Shown one piece after another: positions 18,101 to 25,798 of a DNA stretch of 36,324 nucleotides. Position 1 is the first letter of the stretch; every line of letters begins with the position of its first letter. A program made the position numbers and the translations under genes. Source of the DNA: a virus; the IMG/VR virus record IMGVR_UViG_3300038566_000156, positions 1 to 36,324 of that record; one strand, given 5' to 3'. The notes beneath the pieces are model-generated. The model had not been told where the DNA came from and did no database searches. It worked only from the letters and a program-made list of their open reading frames with translations.

Positions 18101-18563
18101 CGTTACTTTCTCGCTGTAATTTATTGAATTGACCTTTAGATTCAAGTATCAAACCCTCTTCAGCCGCTACCATTTGAAACCAGCACAGCACTAAAAACAT
18201 TTCGCCCTTCTTCCATGTTTTTGAACTTGTGTAATCCTTTCGTGAGTCGCCGGTTAAAGGATTGATAACTAGATAAACCATCCAGTGATAGCAGGCTGGG
18301 TGTGTCGCGGTGAACTGCTTCTTTATGATCCGCTTCATGCCTTCTTTCTCGCCTTCGATAACATCGCGCTTATCTTTCTTCAGCTTGAAAGCAATGTATT
18401 CAGTTACCCATACATGGAATAAAGCGTTTTGATCCATTGACCTATCAGCGCCAATTCTAGGTGCTCCAAAGGTAATGTAGCCATGCTTTTTGAAAAGACC
18501 ATCGACATAATTATTAAACGCTGCTCTGCTTGTTAAGCTGTTGATTGTGAATGATTCAGCCAT
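18093..18563 (-). CDS. ninB: NinB/Orf-family recombination mediator
   Basis: 'RSMDQNALFHVWVTEYI' resembles lambda Orf 'RSLDQNRKLWACLGDVS', and 'SSKTWKKGEMFLVLCWFQMVAAEEGLIL' resembles 'STSRMRVGEFAELLELIQAFGTERGVKW' (both recalled). 156 aa versus 146 aa for lambda Orf. Confidence 0.7.
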   Translation of the reverse strand: MAESFTINSLTSRAAFNNYVDGLFKKHGYITFGAPRIGADRSMDQNALFHVWVTEYIAFKLKKDKRDVIEGEKEGMKRIIKKQFTATHPACYHWMVYLVINPLTGDSRKDYTSSKTWKKGEMFLVLCWFQMVAAEEGLILESKGQFNKLQRESNGE

Positions 18564-18886
18564 TAGGACAGACCTCTTTCTCTTAGAGTTATATCTGCAA
18601 AATTCTTAACGGCTTGAACATGATCGCAGTATGGGTGGTTTGCCATAACAGCTCTTAGGTGGTTGCCAGCGCCATGAATAGAGTCAATTATTAATTGTCG
18701 ATCTTCTTTTGGCTGGCAGTCTTGGCAGGTCCAGTAATCGTCCGGTGCATTGCCGACAAAGCCATGGCCATCACACGTTGAGCAAACGCATTTTTGATAG
18801 TGTTCAATCTGAGCCTTTAGCGATTCAATTTCTTTTGCCTGCTCATCGAGCTTTATCTGAAGCTTGTAGATTTCTGGGAAGTTCAT
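18563..18886 (-). CDS. Hypothetical Cys-rich protein (possible zinc ribbon)
   Basis: An N-terminal coiled coil is followed by 'CVCSTCDGHGFVGNAPDDYWTCQDCQ'. Its stop overlaps the start of the downstream NinB-like gene by 1 nt. Confidence 0.5.
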   Translation of the reverse strand: MNFPEIYKLQIKLDEQAKEIESLKAQIEHYQKCVCSTCDGHGFVGNAPDDYWTCQDCQPKEDRQLIIDSIHGAGNHLRAVMANHPYCDHVQAVKNFADITLRERGLS

Positions 18887-19092
18887 CGTTTTTTATACCC
18901 TTTAATTTTCAATACATTTTTTGGCATCGTAGTTAGGTGCCAGGCTTCACACTCAAGGCACCAGTATGTCGATGCCTTCTTATTAGCGTTTGCCTTTCTG
19001 TTTTTAGACCAGCGCTTATTCTCGGCATTGATAATTTTTATTTCTTTCAATGCTTGCTTATTGCTGGCGAATGGCATTTTTTGACAGCTCAA
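18883..19092 (-). CDS. Hypothetical small basic protein with a C-terminal CxxC..WH motif
   Basis: 'YWCLECEAWHLTT' is the only motif seen. The start is uncertain: TTG at 19092 overlapping the upstream stop, or ATG at 19077. Confidence 0.4.
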   Translation of the reverse strand: MSCQKMPFASNKQALKEIKIINAENKRWSKNRKANANKKASTYWCLECEAWHLTTMPKNVLKIKGYKKR

Positions 19093-19589
19093 AAACCTAA
19101 AATCCTATCTTTAAAACGCTCAAACAAATCAGCGTTAGCTATTAAATAATCATTTTTTGCTTGCTTGTAAGCTCGTGAAATTGTTGAAGAGGCAACGCCG
19201 TATCGCTCCGCAAGCTCCGCCGCAGTTGTTGGTTCGCCGTTATCATTTTTAAAATCAAATGAGTTTCTAGCGTTACCATAATTTGCATAAATATATTCGT
19301 AGTCTGAATTATGCTGAGAAAACAAAACAGAAGTTCGACTTATCGATAAGCCAAGATGCCTTGCACATTCATAAACTGTGCAGGGAACACCTTCAGGTGT
19401 GGCGAAGCTGTTTATCGGTCCCTTGCTTTCAATAACAGAGCTGTAGCAAGACTTATCGAAGTGATACGAGCCTTTTACTTCTGGCTCACCTTGCTTTGCG
19501 CGAATGCGGCAAGATATAGCGAACTGTACGGCAGGCGGCAAGGTGTTGCGGCCTAGTCGCTGGGTTTGGCTTAGTATTTTGTTATTCAT
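19089..19589 (-). CDS. Putative DNA-binding protein with helix-turn-helix segments
   Basis: 'TAAELAERYGVASSTISRAYKQA' and 'YECARHLGLSISRTSVLF' both look like HTH units. I cannot name a family. Confidence 0.45.
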   Translation of the reverse strand: MNNKILSQTQRLGRNTLPPAVQFAISCRIRAKQGEPEVKGSYHFDKSCYSSVIESKGPINSFATPEGVPCTVYECARHLGLSISRTSVLFSQHNSDYEYIYANYGNARNSFDFKNDNGEPTTAAELAERYGVASSTISRAYKQAKNDYLIANADLFERFKDRILGF

Positions 19590-20242
19590 AGCTTTAGTCC
19601 ACCCCTTAGTTTTTGCATTTCAGTTAAGTTTTTTTCTTTGGTGCATTGGATTTCAATTACTTCTGGCAGTGCTGGCGGTATCGTTTCACCGACTTGCTCA
19701 CCATTCATTACTCGCCTAACCAGAACATCGTATGATCTTTTAAAAAGAGGAAAGCTTTTTTCCCTTGGCAGGTTTCGCATTTCCCAAGTACCCGCGCCTT
19801 TACCGGCAAGCCGAACAATCACATGAGTAAAGCCAGCGTTAGGTAGGTCATGGCACTTTCTACAGAACTCCTCATAAGCTTCGTTAGCCGTTGGTATGCC
19901 TTCAAGTGCTGCTGGTGTGTTGCACCAACCAACAAAGGTTTCCAAGTCTGGCCAAAACGCAGTACCAGCCTTTCGTGCGAAGTAAAGGCCGTTATCGAGC
20001 TGTGCTTTTGTCGTAACTTCGTTATCAATCAAAGCCTTTGTGAATTGGCGCTTGCCAGCTCCTAATACCTCGTCATTTGGAAAGGCTTGCTTCCAAGCGC
20101 TAAAAACCCCCATAAGCTCCGTAAAGGTTTCATCAATAACTTGCATGGCCTCTGCGTTAAGTTTTGCAGAATAATTGCTTCTAGGTGGCAAAGCGGAAGC
20201 CTTAGCCTGTATATTCGCAGCAATATCCCCAGCGTTTACCAT
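19586..20242 (-). CDS. Lambda P-like replication protein (DnaB helicase loader)
   Basis: 'FSAWKQAFPNDEVLGAGKRQFTKALIDNEVTTKAQLDNGLYFARKAGTAFWPDLETFVGWC' parallels lambda P '...RRQWVLAFRENGITTMEQVNAGMRVARRQNRPFLPSPGQFVAWC' (recalled). I chose the start at 20242 (MVNAGD...) to avoid overlapping the upstream gene; the ORF-track start is 20314. Confidence 0.7.
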   Translation of the reverse strand: MVNAGDIAANIQAKASALPPRSNYSAKLNAEAMQVIDETFTELMGVFSAWKQAFPNDEVLGAGKRQFTKALIDNEVTTKAQLDNGLYFARKAGTAFWPDLETFVGWCNTPAALEGIPTANEAYEEFCRKCHDLPNAGFTHVIVRLAGKGAGTWEMRNLPREKSFPLFKRSYDVLVRRVMNGEQVGETIPPALPEVIEIQCTKEKNLTEMQKLRGGLKL

Positions 20243-20249
20243 TCCGGTA

Positions 20250-20930
20250 TTACATTTTTGCACTCCAGTGCTCCTTTTCTTCTTTCTCAGGCTGACCAGA
20301 AACAATGTCGTCATTCCATCGCTGCTGGTTCAGGTAAGTCGTTGGGTGCATCTTGTCAAAGCCAAAGACGTTTGCCGCAATGCGTTTTTTAATATCCCCA
20401 ATGAGGTAATCAGTAAAAGCCTGTTCGCTAATTCCCTTGGTTTTCTTCTGAGCTTCAGTGAATTGCTTTTTGAATGAGGTCAGCGCTTTAGTTTTGGCCT
20501 GCTTAGTAATGCCCGATAACCAAAACCGATCGAACTCGTTTTCGATCAAAGTCTTTTGATCTTTACTATCACTCTTACTATCACTCTTACTATCACTCTT
20601 ACTATCACTATCTGCTAAGTTTGCTAACGGCTGCTTGCTTTTGCTAGCATTTGCTACCTTTTGCTTGGCATTGCTAGCTTTTGCTACGCCTCCCTTGGAA
20701 CCAGCGTCAGCTCTACGTTTGCACGTTTCCTTATACTTTTTTTCATCACGAATGAACTGATTTTTAAATGATGAAAGTGCAACTCGAACCAATGGCGAAA
20801 GCTCGATCTCTTCATTGTTGTGATAGCTTTTTATAGCTTTAAACAACTGGCCCGCTTCTTCATCTGTTAGCTCGTCCAGTATTGCCAGGCTGTCAAAGTG
20901 AAGAAGAAATGATGTTCTTTGTTTAGCCAT
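20250..20930 (-). CDS. Replisome organizer / replication initiator (lambda O analogue) with internal repeat arrays
   Basis: The N-terminus 'FLLHFDSLAILDELTDEEAGQLFKAIKSY' and the C-terminus 'FDRFWLSGITKQAKTKALTSFKKQF...HPTTYLNQQRWNDD' are typical of phage replisome-organizer / DnaD-like proteins. It lies directly upstream of the P-like loader. Confidence 0.6.
   Translation of the reverse strand: MAKQRTSFLLHFDSLAILDELTDEEAGQLFKAIKSYHNNEEIELSPLVRVALSSFKNQFIRDEKKYKETCKRRADAGSKGGVAKASNAKQKVANASKSKQPLANLADSDSKSDSKSDSKSDSKDQKTLIENEFDRFWLSGITKQAKTKALTSFKKQFTEAQKKTKGISEQAFTDYLIGDIKKRIAANVFGFDKMHPTTYLNQQRWNDDIVSGQPEKEEKEHWSAKM
20561..20612. repeat. Four and a bit tandem copies of the 12-bp unit TCTTACTATCAC
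   Basis: Read directly: cTTtactatcac / tcttactatcac / tcttactatcac / tcttactatcac / tatc. On the - strand it encodes (SDSK)4 in the organizer protein. Confidence 0.9.
20612..20690. repeat. Array of YTGCTW motifs with exact 10-bp phasing (7 in phase, plus 1 offset by a base)
   Basis: TTGCTA/TTGCTT/CTGCTT begin at 20621, 20631, 20641, 20651, 20661, 20671 and 20681, with CTGCTA at 20612. A period of 10 is not a multiple of 3, so this is a DNA-level feature and not a peptide repeat. Confidence 0.85.
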
Positions 20931-20932
20931 TT

Positions 20933-21130
20933 CTACTCCCCCAGCTTGATGAACTCAGACGCGGGCATTTCAAAGAACTTAGAAAGGCTTTCCAGATTTT
21001 TACTAGAGCAGCTTGCCGTATTGCATAGCTTGGCAATGGTAGTGTTGCTAACACCTAATCCAGCCGCCAGGTCTTTCTTTTTCAAGCCCTTGTTGATAAG
21101 GGATATTTCGATTGATTTTGCGATATTCAT
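20933..21130 (-). CDS. Cro/XRE-family helix-turn-helix regulator (65 aa), first gene of the leftward operon
   Basis: 'KKDLAAGLGVSNTTIAKLCN' is a classic XRE HTH. RBS AGGA lies 8 nt upstream. The gene faces away from the rightward operon. Confidence 0.75.
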   Translation of the reverse strand: MNIAKSIEISLINKGLKKKDLAAGLGVSNTTIAKLCNTASCSSKNLESLSKFFEMPASEFIKLGE

Positions 21131-21266
21131 AATTTATTCCTAATTAACTTGGCTACACCTTACTTGCTGCAAGTATATAAAGCAATTAAATATTTAATTA
21201 AACTTTATGTTGCAATTCATTATCTTGATGTTTATAGTGGCTTCACTCAAACGGAATGAGGTGATT
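21131..21266. promoter_or_regulatory. Divergent early control region with palindromic candidate operators
   Basis: A 13-bp palindrome ACTTGCtGCAAGT lies at 21162..21174 and a perfect 16-bp palindrome AATTAAATATTTAATT at 21184..21199. A candidate leftward promoter on the - strand is TTGCTT (21185..21180), 17 nt, TAAGGT (21162..21157). Confidence 0.5.
21210..21238 (+). promoter_or_regulatory. Candidate sigma70 rightward early promoter
   Basis: TTGCAA (21210..21215), a 17-nt spacer, then TATAGT (21233..21238), about 29 nt upstream of the first + strand ATG. Confidence 0.55.
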
Positions 21267-21428
21267 ATGAAAACACTTATATTAGCTTTAGCGGTTTTGC
21301 TGGTGGGTTGCAGCGACTACGAAGAAGGGCAGAAAGCAGAAATGCACTATTGCTTGATGGTAGAGAATGGATATTGGGGTGCTTATAACCCTGACATTAA
21401 ATGTGAAGAGGTACTTAAGAATGACTAA
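21267..21428 (+). CDS. Small lipoprotein (53-aa precursor), first gene of the rightward operon
   Basis: 'MKTLILALAVLLVGC' is a signal peptide with an LVGC lipobox. RBS GAGGTG is at 21258..21263. I prefer the ATG at 21267 over the ORF-track start at 21207. Confidence 0.65.
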   Translation: MKTLILALAVLLVGCSDYEEGQKAEMHYCLMVENGYWGAYNPDIKCEEVLKND

Positions 21429-22209
21429 AGAAAATGAAGTGGCGGTAAAAGATGGGCCGACTCTAGGCGAAGTAAAGGCACCGGCAGCAATGCCAGTTCT
21501 GGCCGATCCATTTACCAACATGGTAAGTATGGCGGTAGAAAAGGGTTTAGATATTGAGCAGCTAACAGCGCTTATGGATTTAAAAGACCGCAACGATGCG
21601 AAGGTATCAAAGCAAGAATTTAACTTTGCTCTTTCTAAGTTCCAGTCTGAAATACCAGTAATTCTAAAGCGTGGATTTGCTGATTTTGGTGCTGGAAAGG
21701 CTAAGTATTCTTTTGCATTACTGGAAGACATAGCAGTCAAGATAAAGCCTCACCTTATGCCTAACGGATTATCTTATCGTTACGAGCAAACCGTTGGCAA
21801 CGGCGGCATAGAAGTTACTTGTATCGTTGCACACTCCGGCGGCCATGAGATCAAAGCAACTATGTTTTCAACTCCTGACAGCTCAGGCGGAAAGAACAGC
21901 ATTCAACAAGTAGCATCGGCAGTTCAATACATGCGCCGCTATACGCTTACAGGCGCTCTAGGTATCACCACGGCAGACTTTGACGATGACGCGGCCAGCA
22001 TGGCGAGCGAACAGGTTCCTGGTGCTTTGATTAACGATAGCGAATATTGCACAGAAGAGAAGTTTCAAAAATCATTCCCTGCTTGGGAAAAGCAGATTAA
22101 AGAAGGAAAGAAAACTCCTAGTGAATTAATAACCTTCTTAAATGGTAAGAATTTATTCTTTACCGAAGATCAACTAGCAGCAATCAGTAACGCACAGGTG
22201 GGTAAATAA
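21421..22209 (+). CDS. erf: Erf-family single-strand annealing protein
   Basis: 'ALSKFQSEIPVILKRG...KYSFALLEDIAVKIKPHLMPNGLSY...IQQVASAVQYMRRYTLTGALGI' matches the ERF-family core. The ATG at 21421 overlaps the lipoprotein stop by 8 nt. Confidence 0.75.
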   Translation: MTKENEVAVKDGPTLGEVKAPAAMPVLADPFTNMVSMAVEKGLDIEQLTALMDLKDRNDAKVSKQEFNFALSKFQSEIPVILKRGFADFGAGKAKYSFALLEDIAVKIKPHLMPNGLSYRYEQTVGNGGIEVTCIVAHSGGHEIKATMFSTPDSSGGKNSIQQVASAVQYMRRYTLTGALGITTADFDDDAASMASEQVPGALINDSEYCTEEKFQKSFPAWEKQIKEGKKTPSELITFLNGKNLFFTEDQLAAISNAQVGK

Positions 22210-22211
22210 TT

Positions 22212-23891
22212 TTGAAAATACTTAATTTAAATCAAGGTTCTCAGGAATGGCTAGCCGCTCGTAAGTCTAGCTTCAATGCCAGCGAAGCAAGCGCCATGAT
22301 GGGCGACTCTAAGCACATGAGTCGCAACGATTTATTGCAGCAAAAGAAAACTGGTGTATCTAAGCCGATTAACGCAGCTACACAGCGAATCTTTGATCTT
22401 GGTCACAAATACGAAGATAACGCTCGATTGATCGTTTCAATGGAACAATGCGAAGAATTGCCGCCGTTGGTTGGTAGTCTTGAAACTTGCGGCCTTAACT
22501 TACTGGCCAGCTTTGACGGCCTAACCGATACCTATTGCTGGGAGCACAAGAGTTGGAATAAAACACTGGCTGAAAATGTATCGAATTGCGTTTTAGAGCC
22601 TCATTACTACTGGCAGCTAGAGCAGCAGTGCTTGGTTGCTGGTGTTAATGAATGCCTTTTCACTGTGTCGGATGGCACTGAAGAAAACATGATTTCAATG
22701 TGGTACACGTCAATACCAAGCCGACAAGAGCAATTGATTGCTGGCTGGTTGCAGTTCGACAAAGATTTGGAAAGCTTTGAGGTTGCTGCCAAGGTCGAGG
22801 TTCTTATTCCTGCCGACTACACAAGCTTACTGCCTTCGGTATCGTGCAAAGTGCAAGGCACTGAACTGGTAACAAATATTGGCGACTGCTTAATAGCGAT
22901 TAAAGACCTTGCTGAAGATGAAATGAGCAAGAAGCTTGAAAGCGACCAGGACTTTGCTAACAAAGAAAGCCTAAACAAAGACGTCAAGAAGGCCCGTGCA
23001 GCTTTAAAAACTACACTGGCAAATATTCAGGGCGAGTTTGTTAGCTATTCCCAGTTTGCGGAAACCGCAGCAGAACTAGACAGCGTATTGCAGAAAATGC
23101 AAAGCCACGGTGAAAAGCAGGTTAAGCAAGAAAAAGAAGCGCGCAAACAGGCAATTCTAAACAATGCAAGCAATGGCATGACTGAGTTTTTAGCCAGCTC
23201 TGCAAATGGTTTAAGTCATGACGTTATTCATAATATTGCAATGACATGCCAACCTGATTTTGTCGGGGTGATGAAAGGCAAACGCACAATCGAAAGCCTT
23301 CAAAATGCGGTTGATGATGAGCTAGCACGTTGCAAGCGTGAAATTTCACCTAAGCTTTCGCTCGCAGCAGGTAACTATGCGTTTTATGTAGCTAATGCAG
23401 CAGGCTTTGAATTCTTATTCCCTGATATTAGTAACCACCTAGATAATTCAACCGAAGCTTTTGAGGGGATTATTGCAAGACGCATTCAAACCCACAAGGA
23501 AGCAGAAGAAAAACGATTAGCTCATGAACGCGAGCAAATGCGCCTTGAAGAAGAAGCAAAGGCTAAACGTAAAGCTGAAGCTGAAGCTAGAGCCAAAGAA
23601 GAAGCAGAGCGCCAGCGTATTCGTGCCGAAGAGCGTGAAAAGGCACAGGCGGAAGTTGAGCCACCGTTTGAACGTGTTCCAGCGGTTGCGGATAGAAAGG
23701 AAAAACCGATTGACGTGGTAGCGAAAGTCGAAGAATGCCAGCGCAAGCGTAATGAAGGCGAAGCAAATCTAGCCGTTAATCCCTACCCACTACAAACAGC
23801 ATGGGATGAACTAGCCGCATGGTGCAGTAAGTACCAAGTAAGCCTTCAGGCATCGCAAGAGCTTGAAGAAATCATTAAGAAGCACATTTAA
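22212..23891 (+). CDS. YqaJ-type PD-(D/E)xK exonuclease fused to a roughly 370-aa C-terminal extension
   Basis: The N-terminus 'LNQGSQEWLAARKSSFNASEASAMMG' is the YqaJ hallmark, with catalytic 'SFDG...WEHKS'. The start is TTG, with GGTGGG 9 nt upstream. The C-terminal part includes the charged coiled coil 'EEEAKAKRKAEAEARAKEEAERQRIRAEEREKAQAE'. Confidence 0.75.
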   Translation: MKILNLNQGSQEWLAARKSSFNASEASAMMGDSKHMSRNDLLQQKKTGVSKPINAATQRIFDLGHKYEDNARLIVSMEQCEELPPLVGSLETCGLNLLASFDGLTDTYCWEHKSWNKTLAENVSNCVLEPHYYWQLEQQCLVAGVNECLFTVSDGTEENMISMWYTSIPSRQEQLIAGWLQFDKDLESFEVAAKVEVLIPADYTSLLPSVSCKVQGTELVTNIGDCLIAIKDLAEDEMSKKLESDQDFANKESLNKDVKKARAALKTTLANIQGEFVSYSQFAETAAELDSVLQKMQSHGEKQVKQEKEARKQAILNNASNGMTEFLASSANGLSHDVIHNIAMTCQPDFVGVMKGKRTIESLQNAVDDELARCKREISPKLSLAAGNYAFYVANAAGFEFLFPDISNHLDNSTEAFEGIIARRIQTHKEAEEKRLAHEREQMRLEEEAKAKRKAEAEARAKEEAERQRIRAEEREKAQAEVEPPFERVPAVADRKEKPIDVVAKVEECQRKRNEGEANLAVNPYPLQTAWDELAAWCSKYQVSLQASQELEEIIKKHI

Positions 23892-23934
23892 CCCAAAGGC
23901 GGTGAAAGCCGTCACTATAAAAAAGGAGCCGATC

Positions 23935-24300
23935 ATGGCTGATACAAACGTAGAAGAATTTATCAAAGAGCTTGGCGCTGGTGTATTTGAAGCACAGCTT
24001 GCACACCTTCTTTCTGAAGTATCGCTTGGGACAGTGACTCACGGTAGCCGACAAAAGCGCGGCAAAATTACCATTGAGCTTTCTTTCCAGCAGCTTGCAG
24101 AAAACCAGCAGCTTATTGTGACGCATAAGCTTTCTAACTCAACACCAACAGGTCGCGGCAAGAAGTCGGAAGAAACCGCAAGCGAAACAGCGTTCTTTAT
24201 GGGCAAAGGCGGAGTATTAACAATCACGCCGCCGAAGGAGGAAGAATCTGGCCAGTTTCAGCTTAAAAAAGAGCGTGACGGTGTAGTTCGCATTAAGTAA
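23935..24300 (+). CDS. Hypothetical protein (121 aa)
   Basis: ATG at 23935 follows the strong RBS AAAAAGGAG. The ORF-track start at 23863 would overlap the exonuclease gene. No recognised motif. Confidence 0.55.
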   Translation: MADTNVEEFIKELGAGVFEAQLAHLLSEVSLGTVTHGSRQKRGKITIELSFQQLAENQQLIVTHKLSNSTPTGRGKKSEETASETAFFMGKGGVLTITPPKEEESGQFQLKKERDGVVRIK

Positions 24301-24362
24301 TGCAGTCGGTGCGCCTCGACCTAAACAGAGGCAAGCAATCCATTTATTTAGAGTAAAAAATT

Positions 24363-25184
24363 ATGTCAATGTCAAAAGAAGCAATTCAACACGTTCAAGA
24401 ATCTGCAAACATTCCATCCATTGCAGACCAGCTAAAAACCGCAGGCACCCAGGTTCCTGTTGCATTAGTTCCTGACAGCATGAGCGTGCACAGCTTAGAA
24501 AAGTATATGCCTCACGCTTCACGCGTTCGCATGTTTTACCGCACCACCAGCATTGAAGACTTCATTAAATATTCAACTGACAACGAGCTAGTTGGTGCTT
24601 CTTGTTTTGTTGATGCTGAAGAAATGAGCGCGCAAACAATCATTGATCTTGGCAGTGAAGCAATGCCTGGTCATCAGGATCACAAAGCACGACTGGTATT
24701 AAGAAAGAGCGCAGCGTTTAAAGCATTGCTTGAAATCAACGGCGTGAAGCAGTCGCAAAAAAATGCGGCTGAATTCATTGAAGACTGGTCTGGTGATCTT
24801 GCTGTATTGAATAGCGCTGGCGATGTTATGAATCTTCAAGCTTCTGTAAAAGCGTTGCTTGATATGTCTATCGAATCGGCCCGTGAAGTAAATAGTAAGG
24901 TGAGTGATTTTGGTGAGCAAATGTCTGCGATGGAACGAATCGAAGCTAAGAATCAAGATAGCCTGCCTTCTTCAATTCTCTTTTCTTGCGTTCCTTATGG
25001 TGGCCTTGCTACGCGAGACTTTAAACTACGCGTTAGCATTTTAACCGGCGGTGATCGTCCAGCGGTAATGTATCGAATCGTTGGCCTAGAATCACAAGAA
25101 GAAGAAATTGCTGAAGAATTTAAAGGCAACTTAAGCTTAGCTTTTGAAACCACTGGAATCTCTACCTATATAGGTAGTGTGTAA
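24363..25184 (+). CDS. YfdQ / DUF2303-like prophage protein
   Basis: Its size (273 aa) and N-terminal pattern '...VPDSMSVHSLEKYMPHASRVRMFYRTTSIEDFIKY' resemble my recollection of the DUF2303 family. The function of that family is unknown. Confidence 0.45.
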   Translation: MSMSKEAIQHVQESANIPSIADQLKTAGTQVPVALVPDSMSVHSLEKYMPHASRVRMFYRTTSIEDFIKYSTDNELVGASCFVDAEEMSAQTIIDLGSEAMPGHQDHKARLVLRKSAAFKALLEINGVKQSQKNAAEFIEDWSGDLAVLNSAGDVMNLQASVKALLDMSIESAREVNSKVSDFGEQMSAMERIEAKNQDSLPSSILFSCVPYGGLATRDFKLRVSILTGGDRPAVMYRIVGLESQEEEIAEEFKGNLSLAFETTGISTYIGSV

Positions 25185-25308
25185 TTTCTAGCTAGCTTGG
25201 TCGCTCTTCGGGGCGGCCTTAAAACTCCAATGATACCTGTGGATAAGATTATGAGATTAAGTAGGGCTAAAGCAAAGCGAACGGTCGCCAACTTAATTGG
25301 AGATATTT

Positions 25309-25536
25309 ATGAATATTAAAAACGGCGATATGCCAACTATAGTTAAATTCATTAATAGTGAGCATGATTCTATTGAGTTTACAGAATGTTCCGGCGATAT
25401 TTTAGTAGCTATTGATAATCAAGGGCCTCATGTTAATGACTTAGCATACTACTCGCTAACTAAGAGTAATCTTGTTCATCTTGTGTCTAAATTAACAGCA
25501 CTACTAGCCCAGCTAAAGGATAAAGGCGATGAGTGA
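25309..25536 (+). CDS. Hypothetical protein (75 aa)
   Basis: ATG at 25309 with RBS GGAGA 5 nt upstream. No recognised motif. Confidence 0.45.
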   Translation: MNIKNGDMPTIVKFINSEHDSIEFTECSGDILVAIDNQGPHVNDLAYYSLTKSNLVHLVSKLTALLAQLKDKGDE

Positions 25537-25798
25537 TATCAAGATGAGTGATGTGTTTGGAGGGTCATTAATCAATTATTCTCTGAGTGGCGTTATGACG
25601 CTCACAGGGATTGAGAAAGACGCAGCAATACAAGCCATTGAGCAGCACGACGCAATGCAAGCCCGCATAGTAGAGCTTGAGTCGTTAATAAAAGAAGCTG
25701 ACGACTATCTGAATACAAACAAGCTAACAACTATTTGTAATGGCTCAATTCTTCACGCTGCATTTAAAGAAGCCATCAAAGATGAAAAGGGCAGCTAA
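25529..25798 (+). CDS. Hypothetical protein (89 aa)
   Basis: Its ATG overlaps the upstream stop, with RBS AAGGA 8 nt upstream. The sequence looks helical or coiled-coil. Confidence 0.45.
   Translation: MSDIKMSDVFGGSLINYSLSGVMTLTGIEKDAAIQAIEQHDAMQARIVELESLIKEADDYLNTNKLTTICNGSILHAAFKEAIKDEKGS

Noticed and set aside
20087-20477. The + strand ORFs (101 and 100 aa) overlapping the junction of the P-like and organizer genes.
   Set aside because: They are antisense to two homology-supported replication genes and lack translation signals.
20561-20690. Whether the tandem repeats could be a CRISPR array or a mobile-element end.
   Set aside because: The units are 10-12 bp with no spacers and lie inside a coding sequence. 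CRISPR repeats are about 24-48 bp and alternate with unique spacers. No transposase or inverted terminal repeats are nearby.
21288-21740. A 150-aa - strand ORF overlapping the lipoprotein and erf genes.
   Set aside because: It is antisense to a well-supported Erf CDS, has no RBS or recognisable motif, and would run against the direction of the whole operon.
25185-25308. A weak hairpin (GGTCGC...GCGGCC) and a 29-aa ORF (25230..25319) in the gap after the DUF2303-like gene.
   Set aside because: The stem contains a wobble pair and has no following T-tract. The mini-ORF has no RBS and runs into the next gene's start. The evidence is insufficient to call either.
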